A DNA stretch of 64,000 nt from Selaginella moellendorffii (taxonomy: Eukaryota; Plantae; Lycopodiophyta): assembly GCF_000143415.4 (NCBI RefSeq), contig NW_003314264.1:3833229-3897228 (forward strand), written 5' to 3'. Numbering within the stretch: the first letter of the stretch is position 1; the number at the start of each line of letters is the position of its first letter. The notes beneath the pieces are model-generated. The model worked only from the letters and a program-made list of their open reading frames with translations, did no database searches and had not been told where the DNA came from. The position numbers were made by a program, and so were the translations under genes. Positions 35,914 to 49,522 of this stretch are shown here, in pieces.

Positions 35914-36695
35914 CACCGATCGATCCTCTCAGCACTTGATCATATCAACGAGGGGGAAAGCAATTGGAGACTTCTGGAAGCGTCGAATTGGAATGGGAAA
36001 GAGCGTCCAATGGAAAAGCCGTCACAGCACACGGGCGCCCAGGATCCCCATAGCCAAACCGGCTTACACACACACGGAATCAAAATGTAAGTAGCAGCGC
36101 CTACTTACTTGCTAGAGCGAGCGTTTGCGCGAACAGACGTTGATCTGGAGGATCCGGCGGTGGTCATGCTTGCACGCCAGACGCCGCGCTGCCGTTTATT
36201 CTGGATCTTGGCAATCCAACGGTCGGGGACACGAGTCGGATCCAACGGCCATCATCTCGCGTCGTGTGGCGTTCCAGGCCGCTGATTGGTTCACCTTCTC
36301 TGCTGACAACCGTCCGATGGTAGGCGCTAGAGACAGCGGATTGGTCAATTTACACGGTAACTTGTCGTACATTTCACTGGCAGGCAGGTGAAAAGAAAAT
36401 TTGGAGGAAAGTTTCCGCTGTGACCGAAGTTTTTTGATCCACCGGATTGGATGCTTGACGATCGTATAGTAAATCCTTTGTCTTGCTAACAGCCAGCAGC
36501 CTTTCATCAAAGGTAGAGACTTTGGCCAAAGGCCTTGTAACGCTGCCAGCGCGGCGTCCAGCTCAGCATTTTCGTTGGGTGTCCATGTTATTATGGATGC
36601 GCATGCCCAGATCTGTCTAGTAACGCCCTTCTTTCTACGTAGATAGATGATTTACATGGTTTGTTTGGAACGAGGGGATCTGGAGGAGCCACACT

Positions 36696-36837
36696 TTGGT
36701 AGGCCATAACTTTTGAAACTCAACATTGGAATCAATCAAATTGGTAGGCCACAACTCTTGAAGCTCAACATTGCGATCAATCAAAAATCACACCTTGGTG
36801 GGCCACACTTGAAACTCAACATTGGAATCAACCAAAA
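36696..36837 (+). repeat. Three degenerate ~45-53 bp tandem repeats
   Basis: TTGGT(A/G)GGCCA...TTGAA(A/G)CTCAACATTG..ATCAA.CAAA occurs three times. Confidence 0.8.
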
Positions 36838-37359
36838 CGATCCAAAATCGCAAGTGGCTCTATCTTGTTGGAACATCTGTAGGAAAGTGAATCTTATCTC
36901 GCGAGGGGGAAAAAGAACCTGGTTTGATCGAGTGGCCACGAAATGCAATGCAAGACGTTAGAAAATGGGAAGGACCACCGCAAAAGTTTAATTGAGGAAC
37001 ACGAGTTAGGCGACGAGGATCTATCGGAGAGTTATATGTTTGTAGTTTTGTATGTCTAGAGAGCTCTCCTTAAAGTTTGAGGGGAGATGCCTTTCATTTG
37101 CCACCTTTCTCAGACGCGAACGATATTTCTTTGGCATGTACTGTGGCTACGAGACAAATAGCATGATAGATCCACATAAAGAAACGCTTCACGAGATTAG
37201 CGTCAACTTGGAAAAGATTCGAGCTCTTTTCTGGTATAAGTTTACTTTTCGTTCTAGTTGGAAAGTGTCAAAACTTGCCAGTGCCAACCTTCTCACAAAA
37301 TTTAGGCAGCTCCCTTGAGTTGCTAGCCAGCAGCACGGATCCATTCACCATCCTCAAGC

Positions 37360-40300
37360 TTATTTTCGCCGATCTTGTGATAGTAAGCTTTCCAGCTTCG
37401 TCTTGGTGGCCTTAGCATTGCCGGAGAAAACGTAGTCATTCAAGGCCGACGATAGCGCCGCGGTGTCCACGAGCTTGGACAGTGGCCGGCCCGGGAAGAG
37501 CACGGGCAGGGCCTCGAGCCAAGCGACGCAGAAGCGCAAGAACGAGGCCTGTTTTGCCTTCTTCAGTGGCTTGGCGAGGTAGAGGATAAGTAGCTCGCTA
37601 AGCAGCGGGAGATGAGGCTCGATATCTCCCGCCATTGACGAAGTCTCGTTTGATCCGGACGGCTTAGAGCCCGACTTGGTGTAGTGCTTGAGAACCGAGG
37701 TCGAGAGCTCCATGGCCTCGGCCTTCTCGTAGTCTGTCCGGCCATCTTTGCACTTGTTGAGTAGCTTTCCAATGGAGACGCCCCGGAGCCAAGGATATCT
37801 CATAGCAGCGTCGCGGAGGAATGACAGCGGTAGCGTGTTCTTCTTCTTCTGAAAGATGTCGTCCAGCGCAGCGAGCATAGTTTTGACAACTTCCTCGTCA
37901 GCCGCACCGCAAGTTGCTTGAGAAACTTTGAGAAGCCAGAAGACAAAACCTTGAGACAAGCCACGGAGCTTTTGGTCTGTGGTTTTTGCGGCCAGAATCA
38001 CCAACTTCTGAAGCAAGTCCTTGACAGCACCCATATCCACCTCAGACCCCTTGGGATAATTCTTGGCTTTGAGAAGTCTGTTTAGAACGCCACCTATCCT
38101 GTCGCTTAACTGCTTGTGCCCGTCTGATAAAGCGTCGAGGTAACTCTGAAAGAGTGTTGGCAAAACCGTCAAAACCGCAACACTCTCGGACTGCTTTTGC
38201 AGAAACGTGTCCAAAAGGCCGAGGACACGAAACTTGAATTGCACTAGCTGTGCCTGTGTGTCCGGCTCGCCACTTCTCTTGGCTTTGAGAATCTGCGCGA
38301 GGTGGACATCCATCCTAAACATGGCGTCGTCATCCATGTCCGAAAGCTCTGCATCGTCCATAGCACCATCGGTCTGCTGTTTACCATCTGTACCACCTGT
38401 TTCTGGATCTTCTTCCGGATCACTGACTTCACTGGCTTCGTTGTCCGTAACTTCTTCTACACTGAGAACGTCTTCGTCGTCATCAACTTGAATATCAAAC
38501 AGTGGCTCCTGTCGAGTATGGCCAGTTTGCTTGCTGATCACCTTGAGCAAGCTACTTAAGCCAGAAGAGGTGATTTCGCCACAAAACAATCCGAACATCT
38601 GAAATAAACAAACACAAGAAGTGAATATCGTCATACACAGTTACAATGGTTACCTGCTCAGCGGCAGCACGGATTGGCGCCGGAGACTGCGAGAGTACTG
38701 AAAGAATTATATCAAGAAGCACATCCCCCATTGATGGTGCCTCTTCCTCGTCCTCCATCTCATCGCTAGAAACGTCGACAACCTTCCCGAATGCCTTGTT
38801 ACAGCAAATAAGTAGCTCGTTAACGATATCATCCATAGAACCAGGTTCGAGGTGCGACTGAATAAATAGCTGCGACAAGAAGCTCCGCATGGCTTCCAAC
38901 TTCTTATTGCGACTTTCTTCCTTCTTGATCTACAAGAAAAAGAGAAAGAAAAAAGTTGAGTTAAATCGCATGAAACAGATCTTACCGCAGATGAAATCTG
39001 AAAAATAGCATCTCTTAGACTGCGTTGTACGGTTCCCTTGTCTGGTTTCTTCCAGGCATTCCGAAAGAACTCAACAATATCGTAGCTCAAGTCTTCGTGA
39101 ACGTCGTCGTCCTTCGAGCGAGGACTCTTCTCCGAAAGTAAGGATCGGAGCTTTCCAATATACTCATCCTTCTCAGCATTGGATACGTCCCCAGAAGCAC
39201 ACTTTATAAGAGCCTTGACTTTATCAGTGTTCACCGCGTCACTGTTCAGAAATATATGAGCGGCAAGAAACCTCGTAACCTCCTTTGCCGCGGACATCGA
39301 CTTTGATACCGATATGGCTTGCTTGGAAAAGCTGCACATCAGTTCAACCATCCAGATTTTCTTGCTAGCCACCATTCTCTGTGCATCATCTGACTCGTCT
39401 GTGGCATTGATAGCGTCACTGACAAAAAGGCGTTGGAAGTTCTGAATAGCGAGAAGGCAGCTCTCTTCGCTGATAACTTTTCCCAATAGTTGTTTCACCG
39501 TAGAGCTCTTTGTCAGATGATCAAACTTTCCGGAGCTGCTCTGCTGTAAGAAGCCAATCGTCAGAACCAACCTGTCTTGGTCTTCTTCAGCCCATGCGGA
39601 TAAATCGGACACGAACTGCTGAGCGGCACTATGGAGAACGTTGTCCTGTCCTGATAGAATGTCGAGTAGACAGCGTCCGAACGAAGCAGATAAGATGATG
39701 GGAGTGCAGGATATCGGCAGCTTCGAAAGGAAGAGTAGCACTAGCCGCATTGCTAAAAACTTCCGTTCGTGAGATGAATCCAAGAGGCTCTCATCCACCA
39801 CTCTAGTCCAAAAGGTTATCAAACTGTGTTCCTTGGAAGCCAAGTTGTTCTTCTGCTTACTCTTCTTTTGGCGGGTTCGAACAAGCCCTTGATCCAAAAA
39901 TATGTCCGCCAGAGCATTCCAGACTAGATGTAGTCGAGGATGGCTCGAAGAAGACTCCTGCAACATAGAACGTTAATTTATCGATCAATATTCATGCCTA
40001 GAACGCACCTTTAAGTACGGGATGAGAACGTCCAGATGTGAGGCCTGGACCAAGTGCTCCAGAGATCCGGACTTGGGTAACATACGGCATTTTGAAGAAA
40101 GAGAGTCTGGTAATTTTCGCCACAGCTTCAAGGCAACAAGTAGCGCATCGGCCCCTCCAACTTCGGGACTAGCATTCAACCACTCTAGAAAATTCGGTAG
40201 TGTAAAAACTGATTTTTGTAGAGAAGACGAGGCAAGCTGCATATCAGAAGTGTTAGATTATAAACAAGCTGATATTGTCCATGCTGTACTTACTCTCTCG

Positions 40301-41206
40301 GACAGGTCCAAAAAGATGGAAGCAGCTGGTTCTCGAAGAAACGTTTTCTTAAATCCAAGAGTCAGGAGGTTTTCTGCGACGTGCTTGGCAAGCTTTTGTT
40401 GCTCCTCCGTCATGCCGTTTTGAATCAATCGATCAGCTCGAACAATCGAAGCATAAGCAAAAAGCCTCCCCAACAGCCCATCCTTGATATCCTGCAAGAA
40501 TCACAGCGCTATATATGAGAAGTAAAAGAAGACTATAACAAAAACGCAGACCTGTCCCTTCATCACGGAAGATACTTCTATTTCCTTGTCAATAAGATTG
40601 AGAACCATATCACCGGTTATAGAAGGCAATGCATGAATGGCAGTAGAGAGCGCCGCGGCAAATCCTTGCCTAGCACACTAAAAATCACACCACGCTGAGA
40701 AAGAAGAGAGACAAACCAAGAAGTAGAAAGCAAACCTGGTTAGAAGATCCGACTCCTCGAACAAGCCTTGGAAGCGCATACTGGAGCTCCGGAGCACACG
40801 ACTTGAGCGCACCACCACTGTGCTCCTCTCCGAGAAGAATCCTCTCGGCACCACTCTCAACTCTTCCATCGACCGCCTCAAACGTCTGCTGAGCGGCTTG
40901 GAGCTCTCTCACCAGTGCCAATGCCGCTGCCTGTCTCTCCGCCGGATCCAAAGAAGGGAGCTTCCAATAGACTTCCAGCCCTGTCAGCTCAATCGCCTCA
41001 GCGCCGAGCTTCCTCCTCTTAGTTTTCGGCAAATCCAGCCGCTCCTCGCCCGGATTGCCCGACGATGGATCATCCGGAGACGGATTATCAACATTTACCT
41101 CCGGCGCCCTGGATTTCTTCTTCTTCCGCCTCTGCTGCGGCGGCTCTGGCGATGGATCGACCATTTCTACATCGATCTTCTTCTTTTTCTTCTCCCCCGT
41201 CGCCAT
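37360..41206 (-). CDS. MYBBP1A / Pol5 (DNA polymerase phi family) nucleolar rRNA-synthesis regulator
   Basis: YWKLPSLD...ERQAAA; LQYALPRLVRGVGSS..CARQGFA; LLGRLFAY; SSHPRLHLVW; SSHERKFLA; DDDAMFRMDVHLA; FKFRVLGLL. Confidence 0.9.
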
Positions 41207-41616
41207 GGCAGCTGGGTTTTAGCGTTTAGGGTTAGGGTTCATATGGAAATATGGCTAACGGAATGTGCATAGAGATATTCCGTCCTCGTAAAACAAACCC
41301 TTGCATTTTGCGGTTGCCCTAAATTTTCGCAAGGCGGGAGGAGGGAGTGGAAGCGAAGGCGGGAGGCTTCTCCGCGCCACTAGCGCAAGGTACGCTGTTG
41401 AAGATCTCGGGGGTGGAAATTCTCGAGCCAAGGCGCCAGCGCTTTGATCTTCGCGGTTTCTTGGAGCGCAATGGTGTAGTCGGGGACAGGCCTGGGAAAT
41501 ATGAAGAAAAGAAGGCGATTGGAGTAGTGCTGGATGCTACATTGGTGTGGATCATGCTTGCCGCTGGCGAGCGTGAGCAGAGAGCTGGATGGGGAGTTTA
41601 GAATTTCGGCTAGACA

Positions 41617-44600
41617 ATGGAGGACGCTATACAGCAGCTGTGTGCGAAGGACACCAAGGAGAGGATGGCCGGGGTGGAAAGGTTGCAAACGCTTCTAGAG
41701 AATAGCCGGAAGGGCCTGTCGGTGACGGAAGCTAGCCATCTTGTGGACGCTACGTTGGGTCTTCTCAAGGACAACAACTTTAAAGTATGCCAGGGAGCTT
41801 TGCAAGCGCTGGCTCTGGCCGCGGCACTCGCGGGCGAGCACTTGAAGTTCCATTTCAACGCTCTCTTGCCGGCGGTCGTGGAAAGGCTCGGAGATGGAAA
41901 ACAGCCCGTGAGAGATGCTGCGCGACGGTTGCTGCTCGCGCTCATGGAGGTACGAGAAAAGAAAGATGGAAGTCTGTCATTCACCCTGTGGTGTTTTTAG
42001 ATATCATCTCCGTCGACGATCGTTGAGCGCTCTGGGAATTGTGCGTGGACGCACAAGAACTGGCGGGTGCGGGAGGAATTTGCTCGCACCGCTGCTTCTG
42101 CTATCAACTTGTTCTCTGCGAATGAGCTTCAAAGGCTTCTACTTCCGCCGGTACTATGGCTTTGCCACTTGTCTTCTTAATGAAGCGAATTTTTCTTATT
42201 ACAGATCTTGCCCTTGTTGGAAGACTCAAATACGAGCGTGAGAGAGGCAGCTATGATGTGTGTAGAGGTATGTTTGAAAGTTTTGGAACTCTGTGATTTA
42301 TATAATTGCCTACAGGAAATGTATCGGCAAGGTGGTATACAGTTCAAAGAGGAGCTGCAACGCCATTCTCTACGAGCCAGTCAGGTTAGTGATTGTATAT
42401 GAAGTGAAGTGGAGTTCTTATAATTTGTTGTTTTTTTTTTTTTTTTCCGCAGCTCAAGGATATTTTGTCTAGATTTGACAAAATAGTTATCAAGACGCAA
42501 AATCTTTCGTTGGCGCCGGAGCCCAAACACTCCTCAACTGGAAATCGCCGAAATAGTCCGAAAGCAAAGTCTTCCCTTGAGATTCCCAGTACTGGTAAGG
42601 TATTCTTGCTGTTGTCCTGCTGCGAAGACAAAATTTGCCTTCATGCAGTTGAAGCTGAAGCGAGTGATAAACCGGTGGAACCTATTCGAGTTTCTTCTGA
42701 CAGAGATTTGGCAAAAGAAATAGAAAAGGTAGCCAGCATGCTTACTCCAGAGCGAGACTGGTCTGTCCGCATAGCGGCCATGCAACGGGTGGAGGGACTT
42801 GTTGCTGGAGGTTTGTATTTGTGTACTGAAAGCTTGTATTTTTTTTTTCTAATGTTTTAGTTCAGGTGCTGTGGAGCATATGTGTTTTCCATCTCTCCTC
42901 AAACAGCTCGTTGGGCCTCTTTCTCTCCAGTTATCTGACAGGCGGTCTAGCATAGTTAAACAGGTATCACAAGCGTGAGCCTGAAACACGTTTGATTTCT
43001 AATCTCGAGCGAACTGCAGGCATGTCATCTGATGAATCTCTTGTCCAAGAATTTGCTGTCCGACTTCGAAGCTATAGCGGAGGCCATTATACCGGTATTT
43101 TGTCTGCTATTGAGATATAGAGATTACAACCCGGTTCTTTTCTTTTTACAGGTTTTATTTAAGCTGGTTGTTATAACAGTATTGGTGATAGCTGAATCCG
43201 CTGACAATTGCATCAAAACGGTTTGCTTGCAAAATGGGCTATCAATTCGATAATGTTTCTCGGATATTGCAGATGCTTCGGAATTGTAGAGTGGCTCGTG
43301 TACTTCCTCGTATTGTTGACTCTGCAAAAAATGATCGGAATGCCACTCTAAGAATGAGGTATATGGTCGTAAAACATACTTCTTTTGGGTCTGAAACACT
43401 TCTTTTCAAGGTGTTGTGAATATGCGTTGGTAGTGTTAGAACGATGGGCGGATTCTCCTGAAATACACCGGGCAGCTGACTTGTTTGAGGATTTGATAAG
43501 ATATTGCGTTGGGGATGCCATGAGCGAGGTTCGTGTAATAAGTTCTTCGCAAGAAGTTTAAACCTGTATAATTGTTCTGTACAGGTTAGATCCATGGCAA
43601 GGTCTTGCTATCGGCGCTTTGCAAAAACATGGCCTGACCGTTCTCGTCGACTGTTTTCAACATTTGATCCTGTCATCCAGAAAGTATACCTGAATTTCTT
43701 GCACTCTTTTCTATATTATCTTCTATTTTGCAGCTGCTTAACGAAGAGGATGGCAGCGTCCCGAAACGGTATACTTCTCCTACTCGCGAAAGAGGCCATC
43801 ATCTGAGAAATTCGGCTTCCGTAACTGTAAATACAGTCGTGCCGCCGCCAACAACGCAGCTGGATAGGAGCGTCAACTCTTCGACGTCGGGAAATTTTCT
43901 CAATCATAGAAGATCCGCGGAACAACTTGCCGAACGTAATTTAGAGAATGTTCTCCAAGCTAGTCAACAACAAGTAAATGCCATCGAGACGATGCTTAAA
44001 GGTATGGACGTTCCTGATAAGGCGGTGGTTTCAACTACGGCTCGATTAATTGGAAAGGATCCAGGTAGTTTTCTGTTCCTGAGTGATGTTATCCTAATGA
44101 TATTTTGATTTGCAGTCGGTGGAAGTTACCGAAAAATTCACGCTCCTGGACGTGTTAATGTGGATCCTCCGTCTGCCCGGGATCCACCCCATCCCGCATC
44201 TGCGCCAGCAGCAAATATCGTTAGTAATCGGGCACCGTCCTTGCCATCCAATTTCCGTGGGGGTCTGAGTTGTCCTTCCGAAGCTTTGCAGCAGTCCTTT
44301 ACGGATCATGGAAGATCAGCGAGGGAAACCAGTGGAAACGTTGCAAAGAGAGTGCCGATGACCACTGAAAGATCGAGTCAAACTTTGTCCGGCGAGCCTA
44401 TTGACGTGAAGGGGCCGAAGCGCATTCTAAGGACTGAACCTGTGCAAGAAGGCATACCGGGTTTCCAGCGACCTCTCATGCGCAGCTTGATATCTGGGAA
44501 GTCTTCGGTGAGCAGTAGAAGCAGTGTCGAAGAGGCTCAAGCGTCATACTCAGAACCTTTCACCTGCTTGGACGGGCTTATGTCACTGAACGACGCGTTA

Positions 44601-46896
44601 ACGGAGGGCCTTAGCATGAACGCGGACTGGTCAGCTAGAGTTGCAGGCTTTACATATCTTCGGAAGCTTCTACAGCAAGGACCAAAGGGGCTACATGACG
44701 TGAATCAGAACTTTGAGAAGGTTATGAAACTGTTTTACGAGCATCTCGACGATCCGCACCACAAAGTTGCACAGGCAGCCTTGTCAACACTGGCCGAAGT
44801 CGTACCTCCTTGCAGAAAGCCTTTTGAGGCTTACTTGGAGAGAATCCTTCCTCGAGTTTTCGCGAGACTTATAGACGGTAAAGAAGCTATCCGCCAGCTT
44901 GGTACGTCAGCTTTGGAGATCATCGGCAACATATATTCGATCGACTCGCTACTTCCGGCCTTGTTAAGGTCACTGGACGAGCAGCGTTCTCCCAAGGCAA
45001 AGATGGCTGTCGTTGAGTTTGCGATTGCCGCTTTTGCAAAGCTGGCTCTCAACGGTGAGGCTCCTGGAGGCAGTGGTATGCTCAAACTCTGGCTTGGAAA
45101 ACTAGCTCCTCTTGCGAACGATAAGAACCCCAAGCTAAAAGAGACGGCTGTTACTGGCATTATCTCCGTTTATTCACACTTCGACTCCGCGACGGTCTTA
45201 AATTTCATCTTGGGACTGTCGGTTGAAGACCAAAGTATTTTACGACGAGCCTTGAAGCAGTACACTCCGAGAATCGAAGTCGATCTTATGACATACCTGC
45301 AAAACAGAAGCCAAAGAGCAAGGTTCAAGACGGCAACCGACCATGACGAGCTTCCAACGCCTTCGGAAGATAACTCTGCCGGAATGCAAGTGAAAAACTC
45401 AAAGGTTCAGCCAGTGAACAACGAAGGTAATGGTTTGAAGCGGAATTCCATGCACTCGGACAGGCTGGGTGACTTCGAGCCAGGCAAGCTTTTCCACTCG
45501 GACTACGACATGTATGTCAGTACTGAAGATCCAATAGGTCATGCTCGGGAGGTGCACCATGTGGACACAACGAGTCCGGACAAGTCTGTTCGAAACAGCG
45601 ACGCAAGGAGCATTCCGCTTAATCCGATGGGATTTGTGGACTCTCGGATGGTTCCTTCTTCGACAGTTGATCAGGATGTCTACAAAACTCATACCACCGG
45701 GTATGAGTATTTGTACGAAGAATTGCACCGTAAGCCGCACAGGGGGACACATCTAGATACTGGCCCAGGCAGACTGCTGCAAAAGGTAAAGTAAACATTA
45801 CACAGTGACGTGACTGATTTCTCTCCTGCATTGACAGCTCTTAAACTGGATGGAAGTACCCGTTTATGAAAAACGCGAAGCCTTTCAGGAGCTTTTGCAG
45901 TTGCTGCGCTCAAACGACTTTACTCTTTGGTCGCAGGTTTTATACACCTCTGTTTTTCAGCTTCGGTGCTAAACTTCTTGTCCTTGTGTGCAGTATCCGA
46001 ACCAGATATTGTCAATGATACTGGAGGCTTTCGATGACCCCGACTCACAATTGAGGGAGATATCGCTAACAGCGATATCCGAGATTGTCACTATTCAGGT
46101 GCGGCAGATCCTGTCTATGCTTCGTACGTGACATCTTGTTTACCTGATTTGTTTTCCAGAAAGCGCTGATAGAGAACAGCACCGAAATCATCCTAGAGAA
46201 ACTTATACATGCCACGAAAGATCTGTCAGTAAAGGTAAGGTCGTGGCCATGTTCATGCCAGCGCCAGCTTGACTGTAAAACTTACAGGTTTCTACCATCG
46301 CTGACCGTTCTTTGAGCGCCGTGCTATCCCAATGTAATCCTCAACGGTGTCTTGGTGTAAGTGTTCTCATCCATTGTTTCAAAACTCTTGAAAGACTTTC
46401 TAGCAGGTTGTGATGCCTCTTTTGGTTAGTGACGATGATAAGACTCTTGTCACTTGCATTAGCTGCCTGACAAAGGTAAAGCCGGAATATGTATATACGA
46501 TTAACAGACACTGTCCATGCAGCTTGTCACTCGACTTCCTCAAGAGGAGCTCATGGCACAACTCCCGTCTTTCTTGCCAGCATTGTTTGATGCTTTTGGC
46601 AATCAAAACGCCGATGTTCGAAAGGTGATTTCATTTATTTTGTGTCATTCGTTTCTAACAAGAGTGTGGAAACTTGCAGACCGTCGTCTTCTGCTTAGTT
46701 GATATTTACATCGTACTTGGGAAAGCCTTTGTTCCGTACCTCGGAAGCCTCAGTAGCACCCAGCTACGACTTGTAACAATTTACGCGAACCGCATATCAC
46801 AGGTGAGATTTCACTTTGTGCATTGCTTCTCGAGCTTTTCGTGTTCTTGCTCGTGCATTCCAGGCCAGAACTGGCGCAACTTTGGACACACAATAA
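41617..46896 (+). CDS. CLASP: CLIP-associated protein (TOG/HEAT repeats), many exons
   Basis: KDTKERMAGVERL; LLKDNNFKV; VERLGDGKQPVRDAAR; DWSVRIAAMQRVEG; LDDPHHKVAQAAL; NADVRKTVVFCLVDIY...QLRLVTIYANRISQARTG. Confidence 0.96.
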
Positions 46897-47155
46897 CGAC
46901 TGGCAAACCCAGTCAATCTGTCATCATGTACAGTAACGTGTAACAACACTGACCAAGCCTTCAATTTTTGCAATGAACGTACGTCTTCACGCTTGTTTTT
47001 GGAAGTTCCTCTTGCAGATCTATTCTAAACCATTGCTCAAAGAGAATAAGCTACAAAACTATTCTTCAAGCTGATACGAATTCTTGATCACAATGGTGCC
47101 GGTCTGATTGATGATATACCAGAACAGTAAGTAACTCTTGATTTACTTTTAGAGC

Positions 47156-48497
47156 TCACCTTTGCATCTCCGACTCGCTCTTGCTCATGTCAATGACGAA
47201 CCGATACTTGACATCCGACTTTGCCAGCCGCTCCATGGCCTCGTTGACGCTGCCCATCGTGATCTGCTCAACGATGGCCGTCACGTTGTGCTCCCCGCAG
47301 AAATCCATCATCTCCTGCGTCTCTTTGATGCCCCCGATCAGGCTCCCAGCGATCATCCGACGTCCTGGGACATAAACCACACAAGATGAGGCACAAGAGG
47401 ATTGAAACTCATGTGTTACCAGCAAGGAGAGTTATGGGTGCTATCTGCAAAGGAGCGTCCGCTGCTCCAACCAAGACCATCTTGCCATTTACTTTGAGAA
47501 GCGCCAGCAGGGGCTCCAACGCGTGCTTCGCCGAGACGGTGTCAATGATATAGTCGATCGACATCGCAGCAGCCTGTGCACATATATAGAAGGAAATCTT
47601 GCAAGAAACTAAGGTGATTCTTACCGCCATTTGTTCTTTGTCCGTGCTAACCAGGAAATCGTCCACTCCAAGCAGCTCCCTGGCTTCCTTCTCCTTCTTT
47701 GGCGACGTGCTAATCACCGTGACTTTCATGCCAAAGGCCTTGCCGAACTTGACAGCCATATGCCCCAGGCCTCCCAGTCCCACCACTCCAAAGCTCCGCC
47801 CAGCCTCCGCCATCCCAAAGTGTTTCATGGGGCTATACACCGTGATCCCGGCACACAGCAGTGGAGCTGCGGTGTCCAGCGGCAACTTTGCCGGGACATT
47901 GATCACAAAGCTGGGAAGTTCCATCAAGGAAAAGGTTGGCATACTGTTCATAGATGGAAGAAAAGCCAAACACTAACCTCTCGTCCACGACGATGGCGGT
48001 CGAGAAGCCTCCCATGGTGTGGCTTCCACCCGGTAAGTGAGAATTGTAAGTCCACACAAGCTTTGGGCAGTAGTTCTCCAGGCCTTCGTTGCAAGAGTGG
48101 CAGTCATGGCAAGAGCTAACGAGGCAGCCCACGGCCACATGGTCCCCGAGTGTAAAGCGGCTCACCGAGGAGCCCAGCTGTTCCACCACGCCAGTAATCT
48201 CGTGCCTGGAATAATAGAATCGCAAGAAGATATAGCAGCTTACCCAGGAACAACGGGAAAAATCGTTATCCCCCATCCGTTCTTGATCTGGTGTAAGTCC
48301 GAGTGGCAGATTCCGCAGTAGAGGATCTTAATCACCACGTCCGTGGCACTGGGATTCCTGCGGAAATCTCGCAATTCATCGAATCGAGGGAGGGAAAGCT
48401 CCAAGGATTACCTCCGGGTGAGCTTGAAAGGGGCAAGAACACCCGCCGCATCCCTTGCCGCCATCGCCATCGCCTCAAATCCAGCGCTCTCGCCCAT
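47156..48497 (-). CDS. CAD: Cinnamyl alcohol dehydrogenase-like (Zn-dependent MDR)
   Basis: [10 protein letters not shown]; GHEITG; [15 protein letters not shown]; [14 protein letters not shown]; GLGGLG; [13 protein letters not shown]; DVKYRFVID. Confidence 0.93.
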
Positions 48498-48773
48498 ATC
48501 TTCCCGATCGATCGAAGCGAGCACTCTCTTCACGAGTGGCAGGGACGTAAAAGAACGTCCGGGGGAACTAAAACAGCTATCGACCGCTATTTTTTGAAGG
48601 AATCTAATTGTGATAAAGCATATTCTTGATATGATAGCAAGCGAACGAGGCTTTGGTTTGGGCGAACTTAAAAATCTGGTTTGTAAATTCTGCTTGATTT
48701 TTTGTTTGTTTAAGCAAAACTTAAGGGATTGATATACCTAAAATATATTTGGATTTTCTAGGATATTTTACCC

Positions 48774-49296
48774 TTATTCAGTTAAATTAATCTATAATTT
48801 ATAAACATGTTTATAATTTATAAGCTTTCCTAAACACTTCATAGTATATTCTTTTTTATTCTACTATCTAATGGTTAATATGCAATAAGATTAATCTTGA
48901 TTTAAAAATTATAAACATTTTTATAATTATTGATCAAATGGATTATTCAATGACACTACAATTAAGCAAACCAAATGTTGTTGCATGCAAACACGCAGCA
49001 ATATATTTAAATTGTGGTTTCAAGACTTTTTACTTAAAATGTAGTTATGTTAATTCAGATAATATAAATATTTCTGAAGAATTAAAATTTTGCATGCAGC
49101 ATGTGCTTAATAAAAGTGTTATTCCTGTTTATTAATAAAATTAATCAAATGGAAGTTTATAATCATAAATAAACAGAAAACTAATCTTATTGCATATTGG
49201 TAGAATAAATTAGAATATACTAAGAAGTGTTTAGGAAAATTGACAACTCATAACATGTTTATAAGTTATAAATACAATATTAATATAAATGAATAA
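48774..49296. mobile_element. AT-rich foldback / MITE-like element with long imperfect inverted repeats
   Basis: TTTCCTAAACACTTC..AGTATATTCT and ATATGCAATAAGATTA (48825-48893) are the reverse complement of 49182-49239. Inner pair TTGCATGCAAA / TTTGCATGCA. No clear TSD. Confidence 0.65.
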
Positions 49297-49522
49297 CAAT
49301 TATTCAATGGTACAACAAGAGACGCATTTTTTGTTAGAAAAGCGAAACACTAAGCTCCAGCCACAGGAGTACTGCACTGAGAAGCCAAAGCCAACCCTGA
49401 TGGCATCTGCAGCTGAATGGTGGAAACAGAATCAGCGTACATAGAGAATAGTACGTGAATGTATTTCAAAACGAAATTGTACGCCATCATTGCCACGTCA
49501 GTGTACCCGCCATTTCGAGTTC

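Noticed and set aside
37360-41206. A true DNA polymerase
   Set aside because: The Pol5/MYBBP1A family keeps the historical name but functions in rRNA synthesis and ribosome biogenesis.
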